A stretch of DNA of 64,000 nucleotides from Myxococcota bacterium (GCA_039030515.1 JBCCEA010000001.1:96001-160000), one strand, 5' to 3'; shown: positions 10,621 to 20,674, counted from the stretch's first letter. Notes: generated by a model not told the origin, from the letters alone. Made by a program: numbers and translations.

Positions 10621-13587
10621 CTAAAAGGGGACGCCAAAAAGAGCGTACGTTTGCAAACTTCCTTCGTGATGCACTCCGTATGCGACGCCAACCCGCAGTG
10701 AGTAAAATACCGTGTAACCGAGAATGAACTGAGTAAACACTTCGGCGCCTATTCCCAGGCGGAAGTCGCGCACATCGAGTCGGCCAAAGGACGCGTCTCC
10801 ATAGTCAGCGAAGATTGCGCCGTGCAACCGATACAGGTAAGCGGGGAGGGTGGCGCTACTTACATTAGGTCGCCAGAGCGGAAATCTGTATTCAGCTTGC
10901 GCTAAGTGATATTGGTCTCCAATACGGCTGAACGGCTCGTAACCTCGTAGGGCGACGCCAGAGAAGACCGTGTTTTCGATGAGCGCTTCGAGGCGATCCT
11001 GCTCTGGAAAGCCTCCAATACCGAATGCCGCTCGATCGGGGGTGCTGACAGACACCCCGCCGCCGTAGCGCATCGCGAGTACGTGATGTTCAAGCCATGG
11101 ATTTTCGAGATATTGAGTAGCTCTCCAAGAAAAAACCTGTTGTCGAACGCGTCCTCCGATCGAAGGTTCCCGAACACTCAGCGCGGCTCCAACGCTCTGC
11201 CCGGCACTAGGGGAAATGTCGAACGTGGTGCGGTATGCATTCGAATAGCTCCAGCTGACGCTAGCAGAAGTATCGTAGCCGAGGGGCGGGAGTATCGGTG
11301 GTGGATCGTTGGGATCCAGGTGCCCTTCGAAGGGCTCTGCGTTCCAAGCGTACGCGAGATGATAACTCACGCTCACTGAGTTGCGATGAAACAAACGGCG
11401 AGAGAAGGGTAGAGACACGCCTAGAGAACTCGCTATCCGTTCCTCTCGCCAGACTCTCGAAGCGCCTCCAACCACCAGACCACCACGAGGGCTCAATCGA
11501 CGGGAGATGGAAAGTTGGACCGGTGTCGGCAATCGCAGGTAACGCCAGCTCGCGTCGAAGTTTACGTTTCCCTCCTCGAGTCCGAACCCCAGTCGAGTGC
11601 GCCAGCGATGGAAGGATGCCAGGTCTTCACCATCCGTCGTGATCGCTAGCTCGCGGCCAAAGCTATCCTCGCCGAGTTCGATAGACCAAGCGAGTGGGTA
11701 TAATGTGCGTAGGGGGCGATAGCGCTTACTCGGCTGGGTGTCCCTAGGTCCAGTCTCCATTTCCTCCAATGGGTATGAAGGTGGAGGTCGACTATCCAGG
11801 TATGGACTTGCCGGATAGGTAGAGATCGAGTTTAGGTCGAGATGCCATAGATCGAATCCTCGACTCGAATAGCCGACATATACGAGTTGCTGTCCATCCG
11901 GAGAAATCGTGGGGTGGTAGGCTCCTGCGATCACATTGGTTATTTGTTCGATTGCCCCGGTTGCGATTTCGATTCGAAAGATGTTTGCGATGCCGGTGCG
12001 ATCGCTTGAAAAATAGACGAATCGACCGTCTGGCGAGAAGCAAGGACCGGTATCAAGGGCTCTATCGTGAGTGAGCACCATTTCTGTGCCGTCATTCAGA
12101 TTGTGTAGCCGGAGATCTCGATAGCCCCCTTGCTCCCATGTGCTGAATACGATTTGTCCTCCGTCTGGCGAAAAGTGAGGTGTGTAGACCTGTTCGAACT
12201 GCCCGCTACGGCGGAGGATTCGAAAAGTCCCATCTATGTCGTGCAGCTCGGCTATGGCTAAGTGCCGAGTGGCCCTCCCGTTGACGGCGAAGATGACCTG
12301 CCGCCCATCGGGACTTACATCTGGATATTGAGCCCGCAGTCCGTGGCTCAGTCGTGTTCGTCCAGTGCTCGGGTGGAACGAATACAGATCATAGAAATTG
12401 TAGATTCCAGCGCGTAGCGGGGCGCGCTGCTCATACACGATCGTTACCCCGTCTGCAGCTACGGCGGGGTAGCTCTGCCCTGAGGACCGAATGAGGTTTT
12501 GAGTGTTTCGATCTTCTAGATTTAGGATGCGAATCTGAGCAGCGTCTCGACCGTCAGACGCGTAGTAGATGATCTCGTTGCCGTTTAGGAATCTTGGAGC
12601 TCGGACCACCTCGCCGAGGTGGGTGACTCGGGTGCCGGTTCGAAGACCTTTTCGTACCAAGTCATCGAGTACCTCAGTGTACGTTCTTTTCAGCTCGAGC
12701 AGAAAAGCGTCATAGAGTTCGACAAAGGTATAGCCTGTCGCCCGAGCAGCAATTCGGTTTAAGCCGTAAGGCAGGGTTTGTCTTCCGTAGTCCTGAGACA
12801 TCTGACGGAGGGCGGTATGTCCAAAGCGGTTTCGGATGTACTTCAGGAAATGTGAACCGTAGAGGTACCAGGCATTGCCTCTAGGCCATCGGTCGACCGC
12901 ATTGGATATCTGGTCCAGGCGAAGGGTTCGCTCCTCGAGCACATCCATACGCAGAAACATTTCGAACATGGTTGAACGAAGCCTTCCTCCCGCGGTCCGC
13001 TCAGATTCCTCGTGGGTCGCAAGTCCTTCGATAAACCACCGAGGTTGAACCGAATTGGGTGCTGCGGTTTTTCCGAAGATCGCGTTGATCCACTTTGAGA
13101 TGCCTCCGATCGTGTCTAGATGCAGAATATGTGTGTGTTCGTGGGTGACGAGTTCGGTGAGCCAGTCGTCATAGTCGCCGAGTGGGCTGAGATCGTCGGG
13201 TGCGGTGGCGAAGAGTCGGATCGTATTGCGCGGCAGTACGCTCGCAGATCCGTTCGCGACATCGGTGTCGTCGGTTAAGACGATCTGAGTTCGCCCTTTC
13301 GGAGCATGTCGAAGGACATCTGATAGAATCGAATGGGCCCGTTCTGCAACTTCGGCAGTACGTTGAGCCACGATGTCGAGCGGTTCATGATAGGTTACGT
13401 CGAAGTGCGCTGTGCGAATTGTTCGCCATCGCAGATGTGGATCGCGAATTTGGGCGTATGCCAATGTCGCTTGAATAAAATCCAGCAGTAAGAAAGCCGA
13501 CAGTACGAACGCTACCGGACTTAGAGAGAACACCCAAGCGCACTTCATCCCATGAGTTACCCCGAAAACCCTCGATGAATACGACAT
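10621..13587 (-). CDS. Outer-membrane protein: zincin-like HExxH domain + PD40/TolB beta-propeller + Omp85/BamA-like barrel
   Basis: VTHEHTH...WFIEGLA; repeated P-x-x-SPDG; LRGY motif; C-terminal Phe; start 13587 or 13548 (the longer ORF call overlaps the divergent gene). Confidence 0.8.
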   Translation of the reverse strand: MSYSSRVFGVTHGMKCAWVFSLSPVAFVLSAFLLLDFIQATLAYAQIRDPHLRWRTIRTAHFDVTYHEPLDIVAQRTAEVAERAHSILSDVLRHAPKGRTQIVLTDDTDVANGSASVLPRNTIRLFATAPDDLSPLGDYDDWLTELVTHEHTHILHLDTIGGISKWINAIFGKTAAPNSVQPRWFIEGLATHEESERTAGGRLRSTMFEMFLRMDVLEERTLRLDQISNAVDRWPRGNAWYLYGSHFLKYIRNRFGHTALRQMSQDYGRQTLPYGLNRIAARATGYTFVELYDAFLLELKRTYTEVLDDLVRKGLRTGTRVTHLGEVVRAPRFLNGNEIIYYASDGRDAAQIRILNLEDRNTQNLIRSSGQSYPAVAADGVTIVYEQRAPLRAGIYNFYDLYSFHPSTGRTRLSHGLRAQYPDVSPDGRQVIFAVNGRATRHLAIAELHDIDGTFRILRRSGQFEQVYTPHFSPDGGQIVFSTWEQGGYRDLRLHNLNDGTEMVLTHDRALDTGPCFSPDGRFVYFSSDRTGIANIFRIEIATGAIEQITNVIAGAYHPTISPDGQQLVYVGYSSRGFDLWHLDLNSISTYPASPYLDSRPPPSYPLEEMETGPRDTQPSKRYRPLRTLYPLAWSIELGEDSFGRELAITTDGEDLASFHRWRTRLGFGLEEGNVNFDASWRYLRLPTPVQLSISRRLSPRGGLVVGGASRVWREERIASSLGVSLPFSRRLFHRNSVSVSYHLAYAWNAEPFEGHLDPNDPPPILPPLGYDTSASVSWSYSNAYRTTFDISPSAGQSVGAALSVREPSIGGRVRQQVFSWRATQYLENPWLEHHVLAMRYGGGVSVSTPDRAAFGIGGFPEQDRLEALIENTVFSGVALRGYEPFSRIGDQYHLAQAEYRFPLWRPNVSSATLPAYLYRLHGAIFADYGDASFGRLDVRDFRLGIGAEVFTQFILGYTVFYSLRVGVAYGVHHEGSLQTYALFGVPF

Positions 13588-13746
13588 GGCGGATCTTGCC
13601 CACAATAAAACAGAGGCCGATGCTAAATCATCTCCATTGCAATCGAGTCCTTTGAAATCATTGACGCTCTCGCCTGTCGTCAACGATACTCTAACAATCG
13701 AAAACCCAGCGATCGAACAGGCTTGGGATCTCTCGCGAAAAGTTTG

Positions 13747-14706
13747 ATGGAGCCGCCACTTCCCAACATGACGGGACAGCCCCCAGCGCAATCGTTGCGT
13801 GCGTTCGCCCTTCGTTTTATCTCCGGGAAGTATCAAGGTGGAGAGTTTCCTCTGCCCGAAAACGGTGAGATCGTTATCGGTCGTTCGAGCGAGCTCGACA
13901 TGGTGCTTGTCGAGGATATGGTTTCGCGACGACACGCAAAGATCACCGTGACCACTGGACAGGTGTTCATTCAGGATTTGGGATCCACGAATGGCAGCTT
14001 CGTCAACGGCGAGAAGGTTCGTCGAGCGAAGCTCACCGAAGGAGATCGTATCCTCATCGGCACCAGCATCATTAAGGTCGTTGCTGCAGACGGCAATGAC
14101 GACCTCAAGGACGCCAAAGCACGGCTGGAGGACGTGGCAGCCGCCAAGCGGACCAGTCAGGTGCGTACGATGACTGGTGATATTAGCGAGGTTCCGCTAC
14201 CGGATCTCCTACAATTATTCAGTGCCTCTAAGAAGAGCGGCACACTGGTGATTCGAACTGAACGTGAGATCGGGAAAATCTATCTCGAAAAAGGTCATGT
14301 GATCTACGCCACCATCAATGAAGGGTATGAAGTAAATCCCATCAAATGTTTCAACCGAATACTTACTTGGGATCACGGAACCTTCGAGATGGATCAACCT
14401 GAGGAGCGGGAGTTTCCGGAGCCGATTCAGATGAGCACCGAGGGCCTCTTGATGGAAGCGATGCGCCAGATGGATGAGGTCAGGAGACTCGGAGCAGACT
14501 TGCCGCCGATGACCAGTCAACTATCTCTCGGTCGTCCACTAGGACCTCTCCTTAAGGATCTGACGCCCGAGGAGCTCGATGTGCTTCAGCTTGCACACAA
14601 CTACGGGCACGTCGAAACCATCCTCAACAAGAGTTTCGCGACCGATCTCGCGACGAGCGAGATCGTAATCAAACTCCTTAAGGCAGACTACCTGAAGGTA
14701 GATTAG
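13747..14706 (+). CDS. FHA domain + DUF4388 (PatA-N-like) protein
   Basis: IGRSSE...VSRRHA...DLGSTNGSFVNG (FHA); GDISEVPLPDLLQLF...KKSGTL...W.HGTF...TEGLLMEAMRQMDE (DUF4388-like). Confidence 0.85.
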   Translation: MEPPLPNMTGQPPAQSLRAFALRFISGKYQGGEFPLPENGEIVIGRSSELDMVLVEDMVSRRHAKITVTTGQVFIQDLGSTNGSFVNGEKVRRAKLTEGDRILIGTSIIKVVAADGNDDLKDAKARLEDVAAAKRTSQVRTMTGDISEVPLPDLLQLFSASKKSGTLVIRTEREIGKIYLEKGHVIYATINEGYEVNPIKCFNRILTWDHGTFEMDQPEEREFPEPIQMSTEGLLMEAMRQMDEVRRLGADLPPMTSQLSLGRPLGPLLKDLTPEELDVLQLAHNYGHVETILNKSFATDLATSEIVIKLLKADYLKVD

Positions 14707-14763
14707 GGCAGTTGGCTCTGAGGCCGATGTAACGTGTACTCAGACCAATAGAGGTGAATGAAT

Positions 14764-15156
14764 CTAACTGGAATCCCCCTGATCCGTCTTGTGTTCGGAC
14801 GTATTATCGACAGGGAACGTGCTGGTGGACGAGCGAGACCCTACGAGCAGTCGCTCGATAAGGTGCTCGCTACACTTGCTGAGTTCGGTGAATACGACGC
14901 CCATACCTGGAGGATCTTCCTGAACGCGTACCACCTCCCCCTCTCCCTCGATGGTCTCGATATCGTCGGTGATTACGGTGAAGCAAAGATTGACTCGAGT
15001 TCCTATCGCGAGTGGTTCCTTTGACTTGATGAACGCACCATGTCGGGAGATATTTGTTACATATTCGTGAACGAATGCGTCAAATGATTCGAACTCCTTA
15101 TTGATCGTGACGCGGTCCTGAACACGTCGCTCATCTTCGTCATCGTCCATCGTCAC
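14764..15156 (-). CDS. PilZ-domain protein (myxobacterial TIGR02266-like)
   Basis: ERRVQDRV (RxxxR), NISRHGAFI (N/DxSxxG), GEVVRV, GMGVVF; 4-nt overlap with rng. Confidence 0.85.
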   Translation of the reverse strand: MTMDDDEDERRVQDRVTINKEFESFDAFVHEYVTNISRHGAFIKSKEPLAIGTRVNLCFTVITDDIETIEGEGEVVRVQEDPPGMGVVFTELSKCSEHLIERLLVGSRSSTSTFPVDNTSEHKTDQGDSS

Positions 15157-16664
15157 CCCGCGGTGAGATCGAACTGCTCCAGATGGTAGTCTCTACAAGG
15201 CTGTAACACGATCCGACGTTCGAGACGGCTTGCAGCTTCTTCAAGTGACTTCCTCTCCTCGCGACGCAGCATGTCGCACACAGCGGGATGCGCACTAACG
15301 ACGATCTTATACCCTGGAATGGCCTCTTTTTCGCGTTTCATTTGGCGAAAGATCTCATGGCAGACTGTGCTTTTAGATTTGAGCTGTCCCGTGCCGTCGC
15401 AGTAGAAACAAGGCTCGTAGAGCGTACGACCAAGGGACTCTCGGGTTCGCTTGCGAGTCATCTCTACGAGACCGAGTTCGCTAATCCGTACGGTAGTGGT
15501 ACGGGCCTTGTCCTGTTTCAGGACTTGGAGCAACTCTTTGTAGACCTTGTCCCGATGGCTTTCCTTCTCCATGTCGATGAAGTCGAGGACGATGAGCCCG
15601 CCGATATTTCGGAACCGGAGCTGATAGCCGATTTCTTTGACGGCCTCCAAGTTGGTTTGGACGATCGTATCGCCCACGTCGCGTCCCTTGCCTGTGAAAC
15701 GTCCGGTGTTCACATCGATCGCCGTCAGGGCCTCCGCTTGATCGATGACGAGATGTCCGCCGGAGGGCAGGGGAATTTTTCTCGAGAGCGCGCGCTGTAT
15801 CTCGTCTTCGATACCATAGGCGTCGAAGAGCGACTCGTGATCTTCGTAGAGCTGAGCGTCACCAACCCGCTCAGGCAAGAACATCTCTAAGAAGGCGATC
15901 AGTCGCGCATAATCCGTTTCGGAGTCGACTACGACCTGGTCGATTTCCTCCGTAAACAGATCGCGAGCCGCCCTCAACACGATATCCAGCTCTTCATACA
16001 AAAGTGCCGGGGCTTTGCTCGTCGACGCGATCTGCTCGGCGGTGCGTTCCCATACCTTGATCAGATATCCGATGTCCGATTTCAGAGCCTTTTTTGTCAG
16101 GCCTTGACCTAAGGTACGTACGATAACACCGCCCGTAGGAGGTCGTATTTGATCGATCACTTCCTTCAGGCGACGCCGCTCTTTGTCTTTTCCGATGCGT
16201 TTGCTTACTCCGACATGATCTACCGTCGGCGTGTAGACGACATAACGTCCCGGGAGCGCAATATGTCCGGTGACGCGTGCTCCCTTGGTGCTGATGGGGC
16301 CTTTGCTGACTTGCACTACGATCGTCTGACCCTCGTTCAGCACTTCTCGGATGGGTGTTTTGCGTGAGATGCGTCTTCCCGTACGGTTGTTTGTATCGTC
16401 GCCTTCATCGTCCAGTTGTGTTTCAAGGCTGGGCGCCGATATAAGATCCTCGACGTGGAGAAACGCCGCACGATCTAGGCCGACGTCCACGAAAGCAGCC
16501 TGCATTCCCGGAAGCACCCGGGTGACACGTCCGCGATAGATGTTGCCAACGGGAGAACGGTCGCGCCCGCGCTCGACATAAAGTTCCGCGAGGATGCCAT
16601 TCTCGATCACCGCCACTCGGGTCTCCCCAATGGCTGCGTTGATCAGGAGGGTGTTGCCTGCCAT
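15153..16664 (-). CDS. rng: Ribonuclease G (Rne/Rng family)
   Basis: GNIYRGRVTRVLPGMQAAFVD, AIDVNTG, RNIGGLIVLDFIDM, CFYCDGTG zinc link; 503 aa with no long C-terminal scaffold. Confidence 0.92.
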   Translation of the reverse strand: MAGNTLLINAAIGETRVAVIENGILAELYVERGRDRSPVGNIYRGRVTRVLPGMQAAFVDVGLDRAAFLHVEDLISAPSLETQLDDEGDDTNNRTGRRISRKTPIREVLNEGQTIVVQVSKGPISTKGARVTGHIALPGRYVVYTPTVDHVGVSKRIGKDKERRRLKEVIDQIRPPTGGVIVRTLGQGLTKKALKSDIGYLIKVWERTAEQIASTSKAPALLYEELDIVLRAARDLFTEEIDQVVVDSETDYARLIAFLEMFLPERVGDAQLYEDHESLFDAYGIEDEIQRALSRKIPLPSGGHLVIDQAEALTAIDVNTGRFTGKGRDVGDTIVQTNLEAVKEIGYQLRFRNIGGLIVLDFIDMEKESHRDKVYKELLQVLKQDKARTTTVRISELGLVEMTRKRTRESLGRTLYEPCFYCDGTGQLKSKSTVCHEIFRQMKREKEAIPGYKIVVSAHPAVCDMLRREERKSLEEAASRLERRIVLQPCRDYHLEQFDLTAG

Positions 16665-17166
16665 CGATCATATTCCTATCGAAAAATCCGGACGGCTCCG
16701 CGTTGACTCTAGGCGGCAGAGCGGTCGGTGGAGCGGCCTGTCGTTGAGGCCGAATCCTGCATACAAGATTGGTTTGGTTGATTGAATGTTCAGTAGTGAC
16801 ACAACCGAGTAATTATTTGGTTCTGGAAATTGCAAATCCGAGATGCGGGTTATTGCATCTGCCGAATTTTTACCAAGGACCAAGATTCCAAAAGGAAAGG
16901 TCACCAAAAAGAGCGCGATCCCTCTGCCAAGGTAACCGCGCTCCAATGGAACGTCATGAAACTCTGGTTCCGTACCCTTCCAAACTCTCCGTAGCACAGC
17001 CCGATGTGATTGGCGCCGCGGATACTTCCTATGATGCGCGTTCGACGTACAGAGTTTACTCGGGGCTTGTTCTGGGATGCGACTTGGGTGTACGAATGCG
17101 TTTCGGGATACGAGTGTACTGCAAGTGAGCAAAATCAGAAGCAAACAAACGTGTCAGGGCGTTCTA

Positions 17167-17706
17167 CTAATTGGCCTCGAAGATCTGCTCGATCTCTCCC
17201 TGAACTTCCTCTTCATCTTTATGACGAGCGACCGCGATCTCTTTCACTATCAATCCTCGAGCGGTCTCCAGCATGCGACGCTCCCCAAAGGAGAGAGACT
17301 TATCTTGTTTGAGTCGATAAAGATCGCGCATGACTTCCGCTACGTCGAATACCGAGCCTGTTTTGATTTTATCCATGAAGCCGCGATAGCGACGGTTCCA
17401 GGTCTGATTGTCGAATGCGATGGTCTTTTCTCTTAAGATCGAGAAAATTTCTAAGATGTCATTTTCTGAAATGGGTGGACGTAATCCAACGTCCAAAGCC
17501 TTCTTCACGGGCACCATGATCTTGCGATCCGTATCGAGTATTCGCAGCACATAGAAACGCTGGCGATCTCCCGCGATCTCTTTTTCCTCAATCGAGACGA
17601 CTTCAGCAACACCCTGAGCCGGATAGACCGCTTTGTCCCCCACCTTGAACTGATCGTCAGACAGTGCGTCAAGAATGCCGTCTGTCGTTTGGTTCTGCGC
17701 CTGCAT
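17167..17706 (-). CDS. carD: CarD/CdnL family RNA polymerase-binding regulator
   Basis: FKVGDKAVYPAQGVAEV, IMVPV...GLR, WNRRYR, LSFGERRML; AGGAG RBS before ATG 17706; no HMGA tail, so CdnL-like. Confidence 0.92.
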   Translation of the reverse strand: MQAQNQTTDGILDALSDDQFKVGDKAVYPAQGVAEVVSIEEKEIAGDRQRFYVLRILDTDRKIMVPVKKALDVGLRPPISENDILEIFSILREKTIAFDNQTWNRRYRGFMDKIKTGSVFDVAEVMRDLYRLKQDKSLSFGERRMLETARGLIVKEIAVARHKDEEEVQGEIEQIFEAN

Positions 17707-18066
17707 CGGGACTCCTTGCATGTTCAAGACGTCTTTCTACGTGGAGGCAGAGTTGCCTCCATCATTCTCCGTTGATCATGAATCGCGCTGGAGCGGGTTT
17801 TATTCCTCGCTCCTTGCGGTGGTCAGTGTACGAAGCCATAGCATTGTACTCGGGCTGACGATATGGAGCAAGCTATATTCCGCTTTGTGTGCGTCTGTAA
17901 AGTGTGCTCTGTTCTTGAGCTAGAGCGACATGGAGCGACGGGTGCATTCAATTCAAACGCGAGCGTCGAAACGCCAGCGCTTGACTAGCTTGATGTTCCC
18001 AGACTTCTCTGATGAATCAATATCTCTGCGCCAAGCATCATCTCGGGTTCGTTAGGGTCTCCAGAC

Positions 18067-19014
18067 TCAGTTGCTCGACTGAAGTGAGGACAAATCAGGG
18101 AGCTCATCGAGATTCGGCACCAAAACGATTTCAATTCGTCGATTTTGAGCGCGACCCTCGTCGGCGTCGTTCGATGCTACTGGTTGGGTGTCCGCGTAAC
18201 CAGCAGCGGAAAGACGATTTGCCGGAACCCCGTTTTCTACCAAGAAGCGAGTAACCGTTACGCCGCGGCCTGCCGATAGTTCCCAGTTGGAGGGAAATCG
18301 TTGAGTTCGGATAGGACGATCGTCTGTGTGCCCGGCGATTTGAAACGAGCGATCTGCAATCGTTGCGAGAACATTTGCTACCTCCCTCAGTGTCTCTTCT
18401 CCCTGTGGTTTCAGCTCGATACGTCCTGCGTCAAACAGAATTCCCTGAGGTAGTTCCACAACCATTTGGTTGCGAGCGATCCGAACCCGAAGGCGACCAG
18501 ATTCGATCATCGCCTGAAATCGGTCGATAAGATTCCGAAAGGTCTCCAGTCTACCCTGTGCCTGTCGCTCTCGCGACTGAAGTTCTCTCAATGCCCGCTG
18601 AGTGCGCTCCAGGTCGGATTCGAGCGATGCTCGCGTAGTTTCAAGCTCCTCGACGTTTTGTCCCAGCGCAGAGAGTCGCGCAGTCAGTTGGTTGTTTTGA
18701 TCCTCAATTTCGTCGACACGGGCGTTGAGCCTTTCGTTTTCACTCCACGCGGTGTCGAGCTGACCTTTTAAGGACCGAACGCGCTCCAACTCTATGTCCA
18801 GCTCTTTCTGAGATGGCCCGCAGTTCCACGACGCAGCGCCGAGACAAACTACCGCTACAAAAGATAGAACTGTCGACTTCCGAGATGAATGTGAACCATC
18901 GGGTTTTCGTGCGTGGCGGTCGGAACTAACACGCTGCTCGAGCCGGGAGGAAACTCTAGAGGTTTCGAAACCTACGGATGAAGTGTTGAGGCACTCCAGA
19001 CGGAAACGGAGCAT
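18067..19014 (-). CDS. OmpA/MotB-family peptidoglycan-binding protein with coiled coil
   Basis: ILFDAG, IAGHTDD, NWELSAGRG, AGYADTQP, NRRIEI; coiled-coil middle region; hydrophobic segment ending in Cys (possible lipoprotein); start uncertain. Confidence 0.82.
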   Translation of the reverse strand: MLRFRLECLNTSSVGFETSRVSSRLEQRVSSDRHARKPDGSHSSRKSTVLSFVAVVCLGAASWNCGPSQKELDIELERVRSLKGQLDTAWSENERLNARVDEIEDQNNQLTARLSALGQNVEELETTRASLESDLERTQRALRELQSRERQAQGRLETFRNLIDRFQAMIESGRLRVRIARNQMVVELPQGILFDAGRIELKPQGEETLREVANVLATIADRSFQIAGHTDDRPIRTQRFPSNWELSAGRGVTVTRFLVENGVPANRLSAAGYADTQPVASNDADEGRAQNRRIEIVLVPNLDELPDLSSLQSSN

Positions 19015-19203
19015 GAGCGACCTTTCGTAGAAATAGCTCGGGCGCGCAAAACTAGGCTTCTCTTTTGCCACTGTCAACGCGATCAGGGCGAAGTTTGACT
19101 TCTGCAGTTCTAGAGCGGCTCTCGTAAGCATCCGTTATATTTTGATAATTACAAAGTGTCGAAAAAGTTATGCGAACTGTTCGACTAATTTGGTTAAAGT
19201 TAG

Positions 19204-19235
19204 GTATAAATTATACGCGCATTGAGTGAATGCGC
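19204..19235. promoter_or_regulatory. Two adjacent palindromes in an AT-rich divergent intergenic region
   Basis: GTATAA-A-TTATAC (19204-19216) then GCGCATT-N5-AATGCGC (19217-19235), followed by TTGACG (19237-19242). Confidence 0.45.
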
Positions 19236-19292
19236 ATTGACGTGACAATACCGTTGCGAAGGAAGTAGCGCCCCCTGCTAGGAGGAAATCCG

Positions 19293-19634
19293 ATGGCTAC
19301 TGCAAAGAAGACTGCCAAGAAAACAACTACTAAGAAGAACCTCAAGAAAGCCGCTCCGAAGAAGGTAGCTGCCAAGAAGGTTGCAAAGAAGAAGGTGACC
19401 AAGAAGGTCGCCCCCAAGAAAGCCGCTCCGAAGAAGGTGGCTGCCAAGAAGGTTGCAAAGAAGAAGGTGACCAAGAAGGTCGCCCCCAAGAAAGCCGCTC
19501 CGAAGAAGGTAGTTGCCAAGAAGGTTGCCAGTAAGAAGGCTGCCACCAAGAAGGTGACCAAAAAAGCTCCCACCAAGAAGGTGACCAAAAAGGCCGCTAC
19601 CAAGAAGACATCAGCGAAGAAATCTTCCAAGTAG
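19293..19634 (+). CDS. Histone H1-like / Hc2-like Lys-Ala-rich nucleoid protein
   Basis: AGGAGG RBS; MATAKKTAKK with repeated KKAAPKKVAAKK; no acidic or aromatic residues. Confidence 0.88.
   Translation: MATAKKTAKKTTTKKNLKKAAPKKVAAKKVAKKKVTKKVAPKKAAPKKVAAKKVAKKKVTKKVAPKKAAPKKVVAKKVASKKAATKKVTKKAPTKKVTKKAATKKTSAKKSSK
19344..19529 (+). repeat. 72-bp in-frame tandem repeat (24 aa, about 2.5 copies)
   Basis: KKAAPKKVAAKKVAKKKVTKKVAP units start at 19344, 19416 and 19488. Confidence 0.85.
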
Positions 19635-19795
19635 AAGCATCCTTCAGGCAGGCCTGTTCAGATGCCGACGCACGGGGCTAATTCGTTGGAGATTTATGCG
19701 TCGGTCTTGTAATAAGTAGGGACTTGACGGCGTCTTGGTCGTTGATCCTTAGGTTTTTCTTTGGCGTACGAGAGACTGACGTTTGGTATAGACGC

Positions 19796-20674
19796 TCAAT
19801 CTATCGTGCGCGCTGAGTTTCCATGACGAAGTTCGGCTTCAAATTCAGTTTCGTCTTCGTCTTCGTCATCGAACTCATCCTCATCATCGAACCCGTCTTC
19901 GCAATCGAGCTCGTCCTCGCTGTTTTCAGCCACTTCGAACCGTGGGCTGAAGAGGCAGGCCCCATCGTCCAACTCCGATCGCTCAGGCGGTTCGGCAAAT
20001 TCGACAATCAAGCGATGAAGCAAGCACGCTTCTTTGAATGAGCGTGGTGATTCGATCGCCACATATACAGTGTCCGATATGCACTGGACCAAGGCAGAAG
20101 CTGCTTCCCAGAGCATTCCCTCGGTGAAACGAGTTCTTCCGCCGATCGTGCGAAGTCGCACGTAGGCCGGTTGGCACGAAGGCGTCCTTTGCCCGCTCAG
20201 CGGATCAAAGGAACAGATCACTCCGAGCTTCTTTGCGAAGGGTTGAGCCATTTCCGGCTCCCAAAGTCCTCCAGCGGACCAAACCAGGGGGGTGTCCTCC
20301 CCTAAGCGCTCCTCTCTGAGACGCTCGAAGTACCTCGAGAGTCTATCGCGATCTCGTTGCCCAGTGGATACCTCCGGACCCGTTGGGATAACGAGTGCAC
20401 ATAACTTTAGTGCCTTCGCCGCGTCCCGGAGGTGAGCGATTCGTTCGCTCAAGGCGTCGTCCTCAATTTGGAGCGGGCCCATTGCTCCGTAGCGCGTACT
20501 GCGCGGAGCCACGGCCGACAGCTTAAGCTCCTCCGGGAGGCCAGCGCGCCACTTTCTCAGGGTAGCCACTTTCGGCATCACGTTGGGAAGGCCAAATTCA
20601 GCAAAGCAAAGTTGGCTTAGGTACTTTGGGCCTGGTGGTCTATCTAAGTGCGCACCGACATGCAGCTTAGTCAC
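19796..20674 (-). CDS. DUF72 (YecE-like) family protein, divergent, with acidic C-terminal tail
   Basis: KY...FAE...PKVATLRKWR...PEELKLSAVAP, FDPL, AYVRL resemble the DUF72 TIM barrel; tail EDELDCEDGFDDEDEFDDEDEDETEFE. Confidence 0.6.
   Translation of the reverse strand: MTKLHVGAHLDRPPGPKYLSQLCFAEFGLPNVMPKVATLRKWRAGLPEELKLSAVAPRSTRYGAMGPLQIEDDALSERIAHLRDAAKALKLCALVIPTGPEVSTGQRDRDRLSRYFERLREERLGEDTPLVWSAGGLWEPEMAQPFAKKLGVICSFDPLSGQRTPSCQPAYVRLRTIGGRTRFTEGMLWEAASALVQCISDTVYVAIESPRSFKEACLLHRLIVEFAEPPERSELDDGACLFSPRFEVAENSEDELDCEDGFDDEDEFDDEDEDETEFEAELRHGNSARTID

Noticed and set aside
13588..13935. N-terminal extension of the outer-membrane protein ORF
   Set aside because: Overlaps the divergent FHA-DUF4388 gene; the signal-like sequence starts near 13587-13548
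16668..17144. 158-aa minus and 119-aa plus ORFs between rng and carD
   Set aside because: No recognisable motif, no RBS and weak starts; treated as non-coding
18067..19131. Flagellar stator motB
   Set aside because: No motA or flagellar genes nearby and no MotB TM Asp motif; called generic OmpA/MotB
19211..19630. Hydrophobic Phe/Leu/Ala-rich minus-strand ORF resembling a membrane protein
   Set aside because: Antisense shadow of the AAG-rich histone-like gene, which has the RBS and ATG
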